Shown here: positions 26,701 through 37,845 of the stretch, piece by piece
Layout: every line of letters starts with the position of its first letter
How positions within the stretch are numbered: the first letter of the stretch is position 1
Source: Sphyrna mokarran
Lineage: Eukaryota
Reading direction: 5' to 3'
Length of the DNA stretch: 64,000 nucleotides
NCBI GenBank assembly: GCA_024679065.1
Contig: JAGIQG010000008.1
Location: 43,276,001-43,340,000 of the forward strand
Made by a program: the position numbers and the translations under genes
Notes under the pieces: generated by a model
The model's input: the letters and a program-made list of their open reading frames with translations, nothing else
The model's database searches: none
What the model was told of the DNA's origin: nothing

Positions 26701-29700
26701 GATGGAGGAGAAATTCATGAAGTTGTTGAATTCAATGTTCAGTCTAGAGGGCTGTAAAGTGTCTAACTGGAAGCTGATGCGCTGTTCCTCCAGTTTGTGT
26801 TGGGCTTCAGTGGAACATTGCAACAGGCCAAGGACAGACATGTGGACAGGAGAGCAGGATGATGTGTTGAAATGGCAAACAACAGAGAGACTGGGTCCTG
26901 CTTGTGGATGGACCAAAGGTGCTCTGCCAAGAGCACTCCGATGTAGAGTAGACGAGATTAGGAACTGTGAATGCAATAGATTAGATTAAAGGAGGTGCAA
27001 ATGAATTGCTGCTTCACCTGAAAAGAGTGTTGGGGCCTTAAGACGGTGAAAAGGGAGGAGGCAAAGGGACAGGTGTTGCATTTTCAGCAGTTGTATGAGA
27101 AGGTGGACAGTAGATAAGAAGTTGGGTGTGATGGACAAATGGACCATAGTTTTCCGAAAGGAACGGGGGAAGATGTATTTGGTGAGGGCATTACGCTGGA
27201 GTTGGTAGAAATGGCAGCGGATTATCCTTTGAATGCAGAGGCTGGGGGATTAAAAGTGAGAACAAGGGGATCTTAGCTGATTCTGTGAGGGAGAGAAGGT
27301 GGTGAGAGCAGTGGCTTGGAAGATAGTTTGGGCATGGTTGAGAATCCCGTCAACAAGAAACAGATACTTTGCTTACTATGTAATTGTGAAGAAAACTAAA
27401 AGGCACAAATTTAGAAATCAAAACATCAAATCTTACATTTTTAATGTCTGTCACTAATTTTCTTTTATTGAATGTTTTCTTGCATGCCAAATACATGATT
27501 TGTTTTATTTTAATCTATTATTACAGTAATCTGAACAAGCTTGTGAACCATTTTTCATATAAGATGTACGTTTGTTCCCCAACCATGGCATGGCCTAAAA
27601 CTTCTTGGTGCAAGTTTTCTCACTGTGGATTGACAGGGTGTCTCCTTGCACCTCATTAACACTTTATTTTGCGTTTTGCAGCCAGCGGAGTTACCACAAC
27701 AACCAACCTCGGTGACACCATCAACAAGCTGTGAGGTGATTGAGCAAAAGCTGAAGAAGATTGTTTCCAAGCTCTGGAAAGAAATAGAGAAGAATTGCAA
27801 AGAGAAGGACACTGAAAAACAGGGTGAAATTGATGCCAAAGATTTTCAGGGTTTGTCATCTTTGCTAATAGCCTGTTGTTAATCACAATAATATTGCCTC
27901 ATTCACACCGCTCACCTGAAACATAACGGTCTTCTCCAGTGTGGGAATTAGTTTTGTGAAATCAGACTTTGCCCATTTACATTTCAAACATGGGGCAGAC
28001 ATGGGTTGAGTCCTCATTTGTAAGAGTTGAGAACAGACTGGTTGATCAGGTACCCCATCTTAATCATTTCTATTAGTCACTGAAATGGTGGAATCAAGGA
28101 AGGAATTCTTAGAAACGAAGGGGACATAATAAATATTTTGGATTCACCACTTTGTTCAGCAATTCTCAAATAAGAGTTTCTTTAATTTTGAAGCTGAAAT
28201 TCTCTGTAGTTTCTAGTTTAAATTATAGAAGAAGTTCCACCTCTTGGAGCAAGCCGATTTGACACTATTTTAATCATTGGGTCACTATCTGTAGTATTTG
28301 CTAATCTTTATAAAGAGTTGATTGAAAAGTAAGACACTTTGTCAACTTCCTTTCTCTTTCTACACCTGAGTGATCGGTTCCCAGCTCCTTCAGACTAACA
28401 CGGAGTATTTTCTTAACTTTGGTGCTTCTCAATGTTTGCAGACCAAAGTCAACATAATGTTTAAATTTCCCATGCTGCTACCAGGTGATCTGAAATTGTA
28501 CCTTTTTAATGTTCTGCGACTTACACCTTGTTATTTCTATCATTAAGTGATTCTGCGCAAACAAGAAAATACTTGAGAGTTGAAAGTGAAACTTATGCAA
28601 ATCTATCATCAAAGTTATACTGGATAATCAGGAGAAACCCTTAAAATTTCCTTCCTAAATTACTAACTCTGAGTCTAATCATCATAACACAGCTCACCGC
28701 TGTGTTCTGACAGTATGAACTAGTTTTAGAGTGATCAGTGATTGTAACACAAATTTTTTCAATGTTACACTCAACAGTCAGAGGGAATTAGCACCAGATA
28801 GAGCAGGGGAAAAAAAACATTAGTGGAGAGGTGATCTTACCAAAAAGAATTCTAAGTGATAAACAAGACTGAAAATGAGAGAGAATTGTGCTGTTTATTT
28901 GGGTGAGTTAAAAATCAAATCTTAACTCAACTTGAAGAAAAGGTGAAGCAAGATATGTTTCCTGCCAGCAGGGGGAGGAAGAGGAGCCTGAGCTTACCCA
29001 AAAGCTAGCAGATTGCAGTAGAGGATGCCATTGAACTCAGATATCTGTCAGGTACCTTTACCCAACTGCCACTGACCTCCTCAAACAATTGCTCCTCCCC
29101 CGACTATCATGGGGCAGTGTGGTCAATTTCCACCCTTCCCCCTAATATGACTCATTGACCCCCTGCCCCAGCACGGTCCTGCCGAACACCCCCCCCCCCA
29201 CCCTCCTCTATGCCGCCAATCCCAGTTGCATCATTACCCTGTCCCTTTCAGGCCCCACTGCCTCAAACTGCATTGCCAGGTGCTCAGTGGGTACTGCCAG
29301 TATGCCAGACTGGCAGTGCCAGGATGCCCAGTAGGCAGTGCCAGAGTACCAAGCTAGCATTGCCAGAGGCTACATCCCATGCCCAACCTCTCAGGGTGGC
29401 CTCAATGGGTCTTTGATCATACTGGCAAAGCCATCACCAAAGGTCCCGTTGATGGAGACCATATGTGTCCCTTGCCGGTGACGACCTTGACCGGCAATGT
29501 TGCTAAGGCCAGTGAGCCCAAATAATTGCATCCCAGGGCTCACTATTTCATTAAAAATGAGATTCAAAATATATTTACATAGTATAATCAGCCTTGCACC
29601 AGAAAAGAGCACAAGGCTGACATTGATGTTTATCCAGTGCTGGTAAGATCACAAGAGGTGTGAAATTGGTTGCGAACTTGATTTTTTTTGGCTCTCTTGT

Positions 29701-32700
29701 GATCTTACTGGCTCACCCCACCTATTGCCTGGCATGATGAGAAGGTATTGTATTTGCTTGAAAGTACATTTTCTCTAAGCTAACAAAACTGTATAGCTTT
29801 TGAAACTAAATATAAGCAATTACATACTATTCCACCTTTTAGTGAACAAAACCATATTCACATCAGTTTTGTTTGCAAAATTGGTGTAGTTAGGGATGGG
29901 CAACAAACGTTGGTCATGTTGGTTTCACATGCATACTGAGAAAAAAAATTTTAAACATGTGGCTTTACCAGAAATCTTTGTTTTAATACCTACATATTTT
30001 TGGCTAATGGATAGATAATGTTAGATCTTTTTCATATGTGCACATATACATGACAACAGCCCAGGTAGTGATTTCAGAGTGATATACATGCATGTCCACA
30101 TCCGTGTGCAAAATCAGATGCTATCTCCTCCAGTGGTACTCTCTGCTCCTAGAGGTTGGCTGCTGACTGGGATGTGCAATGGCAGTCAATCCCCAGGGTA
30201 GCACCAGGAAAAAAGTAGAAACTAGAAGTGATGCTGATGAATAACAGAATTGGGAGAGCGTTAAGACCAGCACTAGCATAATGGGAAGAGTGAGGATGGA
30301 GATCATCAGCTTGAACTGAGCCAGCGAGGAGGATATAGCTTGGTATACATATACGAAATATGCAAAAATGAAAACGTATGTAGGAAAATAGGAAGAATGA
30401 ATAAAGTGCATAGAAAATGATATAGTTTGGTCAAGTAAATGGGGAAAAAAGCAGATGGAACATAACGTGCACAACTGTAAGGTTACCCAAACAGTTTGGA
30501 AGTAGAAAGAATGTAGATATTCCTGGACTACAAAGAGGTCTGCAAAATGCTTGGGATAGAGGGTTGTGTGTTGTTCCTATATATGAATCTGGAAGTATAT
30601 TATGGAGTTAACATAAGAAAATAGGGAGATGAATTAAATATTGACTTCATTGCAAGAGGGATGCAATATAATTATAGGCAACCTATATCAAACTGTACAT
30701 AATATTGATTGCAGCTCAGGTCAAAAATGTAATAAACTTTAGAATAGTTACTTAAGGAAAAATATATCTAAATTGGAAACTGGGCAATTTCCAGTCGGCT
30801 GATTTCTAAATTGAATGTATTAACGTAAGCGCTCTGTTCACTACTCATTTGATGTTAGCATGGAAGGTATTACTGTCCATTATGCTATTTATGCTGCATC
30901 TTAATCATTTCCAATGCATTTCAGTGTTTTGCTTGTGCCCTATATTCTGGATTTGTCTCTTCAGGTATTTATTGGATTGTGTTGATTGAATGTTGACATT
31001 AAACCTACCTGTTCTGTGGTTTCAGGCAGTGGAACAAAGATAGGCTGGTAGATTGGGCAGATAGATGGCAAATGGAATTTAATCTGGATAAATGCGAGGT
31101 GATGCATTTTGGCTGGAATAATGTAGAGGGGAGTTATAGGATAAAAGGTAAAACTATCCGGAGTATAGAGATGCAGAGAGACCTGGGGGTGCAGGTTCAC
31201 AAGTCTCTGAAGGTGTCAGTACAGGTGGAAAAAGTGATAAAGAAAGCATATGGTATGTTAGCCTTCATAGGAAGGGGTACAGAATACAAGAGTAGGAGTT
31301 TGATGTTGCAAGTGTATAGAACGTTGGTTAGGCCTCACTTGGAGTACTGCGTCCAGTTCTGGTCGCCGTACTACCGGAAGGATGTGGAGGCCCTGGAGAC
31401 AGTGCAGAGGAGATTTACCAGGATGCTGCCTGGTATGGAAGGGCTGTCTTACGAGGAAAGATTGAACGCACTGGGGTTGTTTTCCCTTGAAAGACGTCGG
31501 CTGAGAGGGGATTTATTAGAGGTATATAAGATTATGAGGGGTATAGATAGAGTAAATGGTGGTAAGCTTTTTCCACCATTAGAAATGGATAGAATGAGGG
31601 GTCATGGCCTTAGGGTGAGGGGGGCTATGTATAAGACGAATATTAGAGGGCATTTTTTCACACAAAGGGTAGTGGGGGTGTGGAATGCGCTACTGAGTAA
31701 GGTGGTGGGAGCAGGCACACTAGGGTTGTTTAAGGGTCTCTTGGACAGCCACATGAGCGGTCTGCAGATAGAGGGATATAGGAGGACTGTTTAAATACTT
31801 TATTTGTTTCCACAGGTTATTCGGTCCACCTTGTTGACCAACAAGGTGCATGCATTCGGCAGGTCGTGCGAGGGCTGCTCTTGGATGTTACTTCAGGAGT
31901 GGCCTAGTGCTTCATGTCGTTAGTGTATGCTTAAACTGGACCATCAGATGGGCAACATGACAGCTCAGAGACTATCGCTGCTGCTGTGCAGACACATGGA
32001 TTTGGGCCTGTGTCTGCGGGAGTTTGCGCATTCTCCCAGTGGTTGCGTGGGTTTTCTCCGGGTGCTCCGGTTTCCTCCCACATCCCAAAAATGTGCTCTT
32101 AGGCTGATTGGGTAACAAATTGTCCCTATATTGGTCCCTATATGTCATTAAGATGTTAGGACGGTGGCGCGGGCTCGTTGGGCCGAAGGGCCTGTTTCCT
32201 GTGCTGTGTTGTTTTTTGTTCTTTTGGTAGCACAAATAAACAAGAAGATGAATGGCTAGGGACAGGAGGCAGAAGATGAGCATTAGGGGTGAAATAGTGC
32301 AATGGTTGATGGTGGGGCAATGGGGTGGAGAGGGTGACATATTGAAGCTGATATTTTAGTAACAGAGAGCTGAATCTTCTGATCCTGCTGACATGATCTT
32401 CCAGTTTTACCGATGGCAGATGTCCTGGCAGCATGGCCAGCCAGCAATGCCAAATGCCATTGATGTTGGCAGGACTGGAAAACACGCAGCAGAAAATCCC
32501 ACCCGGAGAGCATGAACATGAATCCACAATATCTGCAATGTCTCTTCAGGTTACATCATGATGACACCCTGCTCTTCAGTGTAACTTCATGCCATAGGCC
32601 TGACCTTCTGTTGTCAGATTTTCTGGGATATGTCTGCCAGTTAGAATTTTCTAGATTGGCATTATGTTTATGGGACTATAACTATATTATTTACTGGATT

Positions 32701-35700
32701 GCATTTAAGATCTTTTTTTGTGGTTAGAATAAATTAAACATTTCTGGATTTTCTTTACCCTAAAGCATATTAAACATTCTTGAATGTAGCCAATATTGCA
32801 TTCACATGAAGTTTATGCTAATTTCATTCAACTTATTAACTCAGAAAGTTAGACTGATAGAAAAGTATGTTTGCACTCAGTATATATATTTGCAAAATAT
32901 GTAAGCTTTTGGATGTTTCTCTTCAAAATTCTAACTTTTCAGATATAATGAACAAGTTTTGCATAATAATAAAACCAGAAGAGTTCCAGCAGCTGGCAAA
33001 GAAATATGACACCAAGAATACCGGGCGTTTTGCATACAATGAATTTCTTCAGCGTCTTGTTCTGTCACTGAGGCCATTAGACGTGAACTCACTGCAGAGA
33101 ATGAAAATCCCACATCCAAAGATCCCAGTGCGTACAACGAACAATAAAACAAATTTCTAAATAATTATCTGTTTTATCTCTACTCTGGGAAAAGTCTATT
33201 TTTCTTTCTTGGTTGTTTTAAAGCTGGATAGTTTTTTGAATCTGCTACAATACGATTAAAAACGATTGGCTAAATTTTGGGGTCCTTGTTTTAATCAAAT
33301 AAATGTACAAGTTAATTTTTCTTAAGTCTGATATTCTGCGTCTCCCTTCCACCCACCAACACATTACTGAACATTTCTAACTGGCTCATTAGAAGAGGTG
33401 GATTACATAGAACACTACAGCCCAAACAGGTCCTCTGGCCCACAAGTTGCGCTGATCATATCCATATTTACCAGGTCACAGAATTATCTGTAACTCCCAA
33501 TCCCATTAAATCCCATGTACTCATCCAGAAGTTTTTTAAACGACCCCCAACGATTATTAGCAGAAACTGTGAACAAAAGACTAAGTCAATATTTCCTACC
33601 CAAAATTATTTAAAAAATTACCGTATATTGATTATGCCTACATAAAGTAAGGAATGTCCATGAATACCAGAATTTTTCTTTAATTTAAACCAGAGATACC
33701 TATGTACTAACAGAGGAATGAGTCACAAGGAGTATTTTTGATTTGAACAAGAATATAAAGGAATGCTGCTTTGTTTGTTTACTTTCTGACTCTAGTATTG
33801 TGATCATATGACCATTTTTTTTTAACATTGTCTTGGTTCAGCTGATCACTTCTGATTCAAAAGATTGTGACCTTGAATCCCATATTAAGAGTCTGAGATG
33901 CAACCCAGCAGTTTATAGCTGGAAATAATATTCTACAGTCAAACGTTGAACTGATGCCCCATGATTCTTTCATAGAGTCAGAGTATAGAAAATGCTTTTT
34001 AGCCCATCATATCTGCACTGACAATATTTGCCATGAAAGGCACGCAAATCCCATTTTCCTGCTCTTATATCCTTGAATATGATGATATTTCAAGTTCTCA
34101 ACCAAATATTTTTTAAAGATTGTAAGGCTTCCAGCCCAAACTACTTTTCCAGATATTGCATTCCAGATTCCCACAACTCTGAATGAAAAATTTTTTTCTC
34201 AAATCCCCTCTGAATCGGCTGCCCCTTACCCTAAAACTATGCTCCCTTTTGATTGACCCCTCAGCCAAGGCAAACAGCTGCTCCCTACTCACCCTATCCA
34301 TACCCCTCATAGGTGAAGAAACATTCACCACATAGTCAGTCTACAATTAAAAGTGAGGTGCTAATCCCACATTTTCTATCTGGTCTTCTCTTTGGTGGCT
34401 GTGAATTATCTAAATTATCTGTCCCTGCTCTTGGTGCCAACCATAACCAGATCTGTGCCCAACTAACCAGTGAACTCTTCTATCTTCTTAATATACTGAT
34501 TGAATGATTTTTTTTTCATAGGAGTAAATGTGTCATATTCTGGTGGGATGTATCCTACTGGAATACTTTTTCTAGCATTTTATACGAAACATACAGCTGA
34601 CAAAACTTACACTGAGGCCAAAGAATAAAGCATGCATAAGCTATAACAAATAATTTTGACATAATGATTAACAATGATATAAATCATCATTGATTGCAAT
34701 GTATAAAGAAAACTCTTTAGAATAAAAATTGCTGCAATGGCACAGTGATGCAGTACCGTTTTTCAGCTTTTTGTTCCATTTATGCTGACTAAAATCGTCT
34801 CAGTGACCTTTTTCATTACAAGTGCAGACGTGCATTGTAACTGAGAAATGAAGTAGACTTTTACCTGTGAAATAATTACTTTCTGTTCCTCTCTCACAAT
34901 CCTTAGTCTTCTATTATAATTCTAGCCATTTCATTTCTTTTTTTCTTTCTTCTCAATTTTACCTTTGGATATGGATGTTTTGAAGTTGAGTGGGCAAGTG
35001 ACCAGCTGCTAGGCTCTATTTATCCAAGAGAGCTGATCACATTAGCAGCTTGTGAAACAAGAGGAAAGTTTTTACCATTATGGAACTTTATGTTTTTTCC
35101 TCTGATGTGATTTGGCCACTTTGGAACCATAGAATCTTTACAGTGCAGAAAGAGGCCAGAGATTGAGTCTGCACTGATTTGCCAAAATAGCATCCCGCCA
35201 AGGTTCTCCCTTCCACCTTATTCCCATAACTACCACTACCCACCCCCCCCCCCCCCCCCGATATTAACATGACTGGTCCACCTAACTTACACATCTTTGG
35301 ACACTAAAGGGCAACTTAGCAATGCCAATTCATCTAACCTGTAGATCTTTTTGCTCTATTCTTTACACCACCTTTTTCAAATAGTTTTATTCCTTGGGGT
35401 CCAATCAAATTGGTTAAAGGAGATTCTCTCTTTCAGATGGATCCTGGAACAGAACATGAGATATTTATTAACTTAATGATGCGGATCCAGCCATGTTTAA
35501 TAAAATGTTGGAAGCTAATACGGCGGACTTTCAAAGCCTATGACGACGTTGGGAGTGGGTACATCTCACTTTTTCAATTTAGACAGGTTTGTGTTCTGAT
35601 TTTAAAGCAAGACTGGATTCTATTGAGAACAGTGAAGCTGGAAGTTTATTTCAACAGAATAGTTGACTATTTTGCTTTGACATTCCTGAATTTAGGCGAA

Positions 35701-36337
35701 TAAGCTTGTTTTGTTTTAATCTTTCCATGACAGGTGTTATTGTCATGGTGTTGGAGTATTGGAAAGACAAAACCAAAAATACAATAATTGCTTTATTCAA
35801 AACTTATTTTCCTGTTAATTTGTCTTCACTTTTCCATTCATCACCTCTCTATTTTCCAGGAAATGCTTGCAACTCTCTGCTTCTTTTTGCTCATGACATA
35901 TACAAACAGCCAAATGTAGTTTCATAAAAGGCAGCCAAATAATGTTTTACCTTGGTAGATGTAGCACACTGTAAATGGGGTGATATTCTTCCCACTAAAA
36001 TACAACCTGTCAGTTTGTGTTTAGCAAATGAACTGAAACCTAACATGCAGTAAGACTTAGTCGTCATAATGATATTAATTTTAATAAAATTGCCTCAAAG
36101 TAGCTTAACATCTGAAAAATGGACAAAAGTATTTTCAGATGCTTTAATCCATCAATTATTAATGTAATTTCCACAGATGTTCAGAGTTCTCAATTTTTTT
36201 TAACCTTTCTTGTGCAGGTCCTGTGGCAATATGGCATCAACATAACTGAGGAGGAATTTTACTACCTGTCTACTTATTATGACAAGCATCTACAAGGAAT
36301 GATCTCATACAATGAGTTTCTGCGTGCTTTCCTCTGA
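2566..36337 (+). CDS. EFCAB6: EF-hand calcium-binding domain-containing protein 6, 3' part (9 exons: 2566-2721, 3926-4124, 13719-13910, 20038-20262, 23621-23836, 27682-27850, 32943-33127, 35437-35586, 36218-36337); 5' exons lie upstream of the window
   Basis: Exons have AG/GT boundaries and compatible phases (2,2,0,0,0,0,1,0,0). Repeated EF-hand pairs ([18 protein letters not shown]; [18 protein letters not shown]; [18 protein letters not shown]). C-terminus [11 protein letters not shown] resembles the recalled vertebrate EFCAB6 end (ISYNDFLRAFLQ). Confidence 0.9.
2870..3265 (-). mobile_element. CR1-type LINE 3' fragment
   Basis: Reverse-complement CR1 tail motifs (cctgctccaccattcaatatgatcatggctg; aaagaatttctcctcatctc). 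Confidence 0.7.
3926..4124 (+). CDS. EFCAB6: EFCAB6 exon ([21 protein letters not shown]...SSGALFK)
   Basis: ctccag acceptor, aaa|gtgagt donor, phase 2/0. Confidence 0.88.
4395..5000. mobile_element. Non-autonomous DNA transposon-like (MITE) remnant; related sequence at ~21270-22220 and ~28830-29740
   Basis: Shared gtgatcttac/gtaagat motifs and ctggcagtgcc-rich cores; 4400-4510 resembles 29640-29720. Confidence 0.4.
6105..7435 (-). mobile_element. Old CR1-type LINE, RT region and 3' end
   Basis: ggtgtcatctgcaaattt is the reverse complement of KFADDT; tattgaaggccttttgaaaa is the DFQKAF motif. Confidence 0.75.
8562..8628. repeat. (TATAGA/TATC)n low-complexity microsatellite abutting the gap
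   Basis: Direct reading. Confidence 0.85.
8629..8809. other. Assembly gap (181 N)
   Basis: Run of n. Confidence 1.
9400..9598 (+). mobile_element. CR1-type LINE 3' tail
   Basis: gggccgaatggcctaattttgctcctatgtcttatggtcttatggtc; same family as the tail at 23040-23195. Confidence 0.8.
10800..12350 (-). mobile_element. Tigger/pogo DNA transposon, decayed CENP-B/DDE transposase, split by a CR1 insertion
   Basis: Minus-strand motifs [27 protein letters not shown]...[24 protein letters not shown]...[10 protein letters not shown]. Confidence 0.8.
11110..11460 (-). mobile_element. Young CR1 LINE 3' end nested in the Tigger element
   Basis: [18 protein letters not shown]...TRGHSFKL...[14 protein letters not shown]; (catagaa)n tail; CpGs retained. 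Confidence 0.88.
13719..13910 (+). CDS. EFCAB6: EFCAB6 exon ([15 protein letters not shown]...FNIHNYK)
   Basis: ttcctcag acceptor, aag|gtcagc donor, 192 nt, EF-hand pair. Confidence 0.9.
14539..14960 (-). mobile_element. Rex1/Babar-type 3' end (same family as 7481-7790) carrying an inserted copy of local DNA
   Basis: Colinear with 7481-7790 apart from the insert at 14603-14740. Confidence 0.8.
15366..15626. repeat. Degenerate minisatellite, ~43-45 bp unit, ~6 copies
   Basis: Recurring gacNgccctggggctgaggc...tgctgtc...ttgaaca. Confidence 0.8.
16735..17118 (+). mobile_element. Old tRNA-derived/Deu-domain-type SINE
   Basis: B-box-like gggttcaaaccccact; tatttgaagaagagaagaggagtttt...gtcctggccaaaatttatccctca; tail tataaaaatgcaaatctttctt. 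Confidence 0.55.
19295..19557 (+). mobile_element. HE1/V-SINE-like element
   Basis: tgtgtggagtttgcacatcttccctgtgtctg core with CR1-type tail (gggctgaatggcc...ctgtagggattctatg). Confidence 0.75.
20038..20262 (+). CDS. EFCAB6: EFCAB6 exon ([10 protein letters not shown]...FMSLTDEQ)
   Basis: ctgcag acceptor, cag|gtgagt donor, 225 nt in frame. Confidence 0.88.
21030..21147. mobile_element. Short Penelope-like terminal remnant with a decayed hammerhead motif
   Basis: aaaacagaaaatgctggaa...catctgtgggagag...catctgcagtatttttctttt; related to 24604-24730 and 45580-45830. Confidence 0.5.
22325..23195 (+). mobile_element. CR1-type LINE RT C-terminus and 3' UTR
   Basis: [10 protein letters not shown]; [26 protein letters not shown]. 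Confidence 0.88.
23621..23836 (+). CDS. EFCAB6: EFCAB6 exon ([22 protein letters not shown]...HSEGK)
   Basis: tttctttcag acceptor, aag|gtaata donor, 216 nt. Confidence 0.9.
24842..24881 (-). ncRNA. Minimal type-I hammerhead ribozyme motif (mirror copy)
   Basis: Reverse complement reads attcac-CTGACGA-aggccagagggtc-GAAA-actt-gtgagt. Confidence 0.65.
26362..26401 (+). ncRNA. Minimal type-I hammerhead ribozyme motif (PLE-associated)
   Basis: attcat-CTGACGA-a-ggcc(agag)ggtc-GAAA-ac-TT-gtgagt; stems I and II can form. Confidence 0.65.
27682..27850 (+). CDS. EFCAB6: EFCAB6 exon (PAELPQQP...[17 protein letters not shown])
   Basis: ttttgcag acceptor, g|gtttgt donor, phase 0/1. Confidence 0.88.
30330..30820 (+). 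mobile_element. Highly decayed CR1-type RT fragment
   Basis: tatgcaaaaatgaaacg resembles the FADDTK region; gcagatggaacataac; gacttcattgcaagagggatgcaatata. Confidence 0.5.
31038..31794 (+). mobile_element. Young 5'-truncated CR1 LINE with an uninterrupted 240-codon ORF2 C-terminus
   Basis: [16 protein letters not shown]...[15 protein letters not shown]...[10 protein letters not shown]...[13 protein letters not shown]. Confidence 0.92.
31948..32225 (+). mobile_element. HE1/V-SINE-like segment with CR1 tail, directly downstream of the CR1 ORF
   Basis: ggagtttgcgcattctccc...gggtgctccggtttcctcccaca; gggccgaagggcctgtttcctgtgctgt. Confidence 0.75.
32943..33127 (+). CDS. EFCAB6: EFCAB6 exon ([23 protein letters not shown]...HPKIP)
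   Basis: ctaacttttcag acceptor, cca|gtgcgt donor, phase 1/0. Confidence 0.88.
33960..34312 (-). mobile_element. CR1-type LINE 3' fragment
   Basis: [13 protein letters not shown]...[19 protein letters not shown]. Confidence 0.8.
35128..35350 (-). mobile_element. HE1-like SINE 3' half
   Basis: catagaatctttacagtgcagaaagaggcc; acctaacttacacatctttggacactaaagggcaa. Confidence 0.7.
35437..35586 (+). CDS. EFCAB6: EFCAB6 exon (MDPGTEHE...SLFQFRQ)
   Basis: tctctttcag acceptor, cag|gtttgt donor, 150 nt. Confidence 0.9.
36218..36337 (+). CDS. EFCAB6: EFCAB6 terminal coding exon ([14 protein letters not shown]...EFLRAFL*)
   Basis: tgtgcag acceptor; TGA stop ends at 36337. Confidence 0.92.
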   Translation, partial: VLWQYGINITEEEFYYLSTYYDKHLQGMISYNEFLRAFL

Positions 36338-36625
36338 TAACTGTTTACACCCAGTTTTCTCTGCTTTGAAATCTTGCATTTGCAGTGATATGGTAACAGT
36401 TTTCTGATGAATTCATAGACTGTCAACATTATGGCTAATTGTATCCATCCCATACCATTCCAGTTTATATTGTATTTTTTCACTTTTCAAAGTTTGGAAA
36501 CTATATTTTAAGAACTCTCATCTTTTTGTTTGTTGGACCCTGTGCTATTGACCAAAAATTAATCAGACATTCATGGAATAATTGACTGCATTGATTTAGT
36601 CAGCCATGTAAATGAGAATGTATTT

Positions 36626-36631
36626 ATTAAA
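36626..36631 (+). terminator. Candidate EFCAB6 polyadenylation signal (ATTAAA)
   Basis: First canonical-type hexamer I found ~290 nt after the stop; AATAAA alternatives at 37621, 37841 and 38051. Confidence 0.35.
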
Positions 36632-36770
36632 GATATAACTATCACACTGACACCATGTAGGTTATTTCTTGCCAAAATTTACCAGTAACATTGCTATGAT
36701 GCCAACTGATATTACCACTGGATAGTCAGATGCTGGATGGACCTTGGTTCAATGGATCGTAACTATTTTT

Positions 36771-37845
36771 TGTTCGGAGACCTGGATGAATGGAATCACA
36801 GGACTTTTAACAGAAGAATAAGATTTATTTACAAGAAAGTATTAACTATAAAAAATACTTTTTCACCCCAGCTATAAGTTTAGAGGTATGAAAGAGGACT
36901 CGCCTACTTTGGGGGCATTCAAATGGTCGGTGGATAGGCATGTGGATGATATTGGAATAGTTTAGGTTAGAGGGTCCACTGGCCGGTGCAACATCGAGGG
37001 CCGAAGGGCCTGTACTGCTCTGTAACGTTCTATGTTCTATGAATTGTAAGAATAACTTAAGTTACAAAATCTACCTTATACTCTAATATTTTCAGTATGT
37101 ACACTCCATGTAAACCGATAGGTGATATGTGGACAGATACACCACATTCTGAAACTGAATGACAGCTGTTTCCCAAAAACAACTTCGGTGGATTTTTCAT
37201 CAATCCTCCCAAATGCTTGATACTTCATGAACCAGCTGGAACTCTGACTTCGATTTCAGGGTTTCCAAACTCCACTCTCAAAAAACACACTTGGAATCTT
37301 CTCCCAAACAAAGCTTTTTCTTGGATGCATTTGCCAAGGATCCACAGTCAGGTTTTCAACCTCCTTTCAGTATTAAGTCATGTTAGATTGCCATACGCAT
37401 TTATGTTTCCATGCTATCTCTCAGGTATCCAATCATACTAACAAGCTTTGCAGACTGAATGAAAGTGTCACCAAATCTTTGATTTAATTCAAATGTTTGG
37501 CTTCTCACCTAGTCAACTTTAAAACTGGTTTTTGCAACTGTCTCTTGAATTCTGGGCACCTACCCTGCTTTTTTACTTGAAAACTTCTGAACAGGATTTT
37601 GTTCAACTTCTAGTCCTTTAAATAAACTGCCTTCCTGAGACATTCTTTTGTCTTCACTGTTTTTTTGTGGGACTTTCTTTCGGGAAATCACTCTTTGCAG
37701 TTTCCTTGTCTCCTGTACAGTTTCTTCTGGCACCAGCTTACAAATAACTCAAAAGTCTATCTGTTCCAAAGTGACCTGTGGTTGCTAAGCAATAGCCTGA
37801 TTTTTCTTTAAAATCAAACAGCGTTTATGTCATATACTGTAATAA
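36771..37845. mobile_element. Possible solo LTR containing a nested CR1 tail (36890-37042)
   Basis: TGT start and LTR-like composition; clear CR1 tail gggccgaagggcctgtactg...ttctatgttctatg; ends and TSD uncertain. Confidence 0.35.

Larger units (their letters stand above)
24604..27355 (-). mobile_element. Older Penelope-like element (GIY-YIG C-terminus and 3' terminal region) hosting a second PLE
   Basis: Minus-strand KCNTCP...[18 protein letters not shown]...LLYIGE and [26 protein letters not shown] at 26700-27090; terminal region at 24604-24820. Confidence 0.75.

Noticed and set aside
31072-31794. Longest ORF (240 aa) as a host gene
   Set aside because: It is the C-terminus of CR1 ORF2 and lacks the RT catalytic core.
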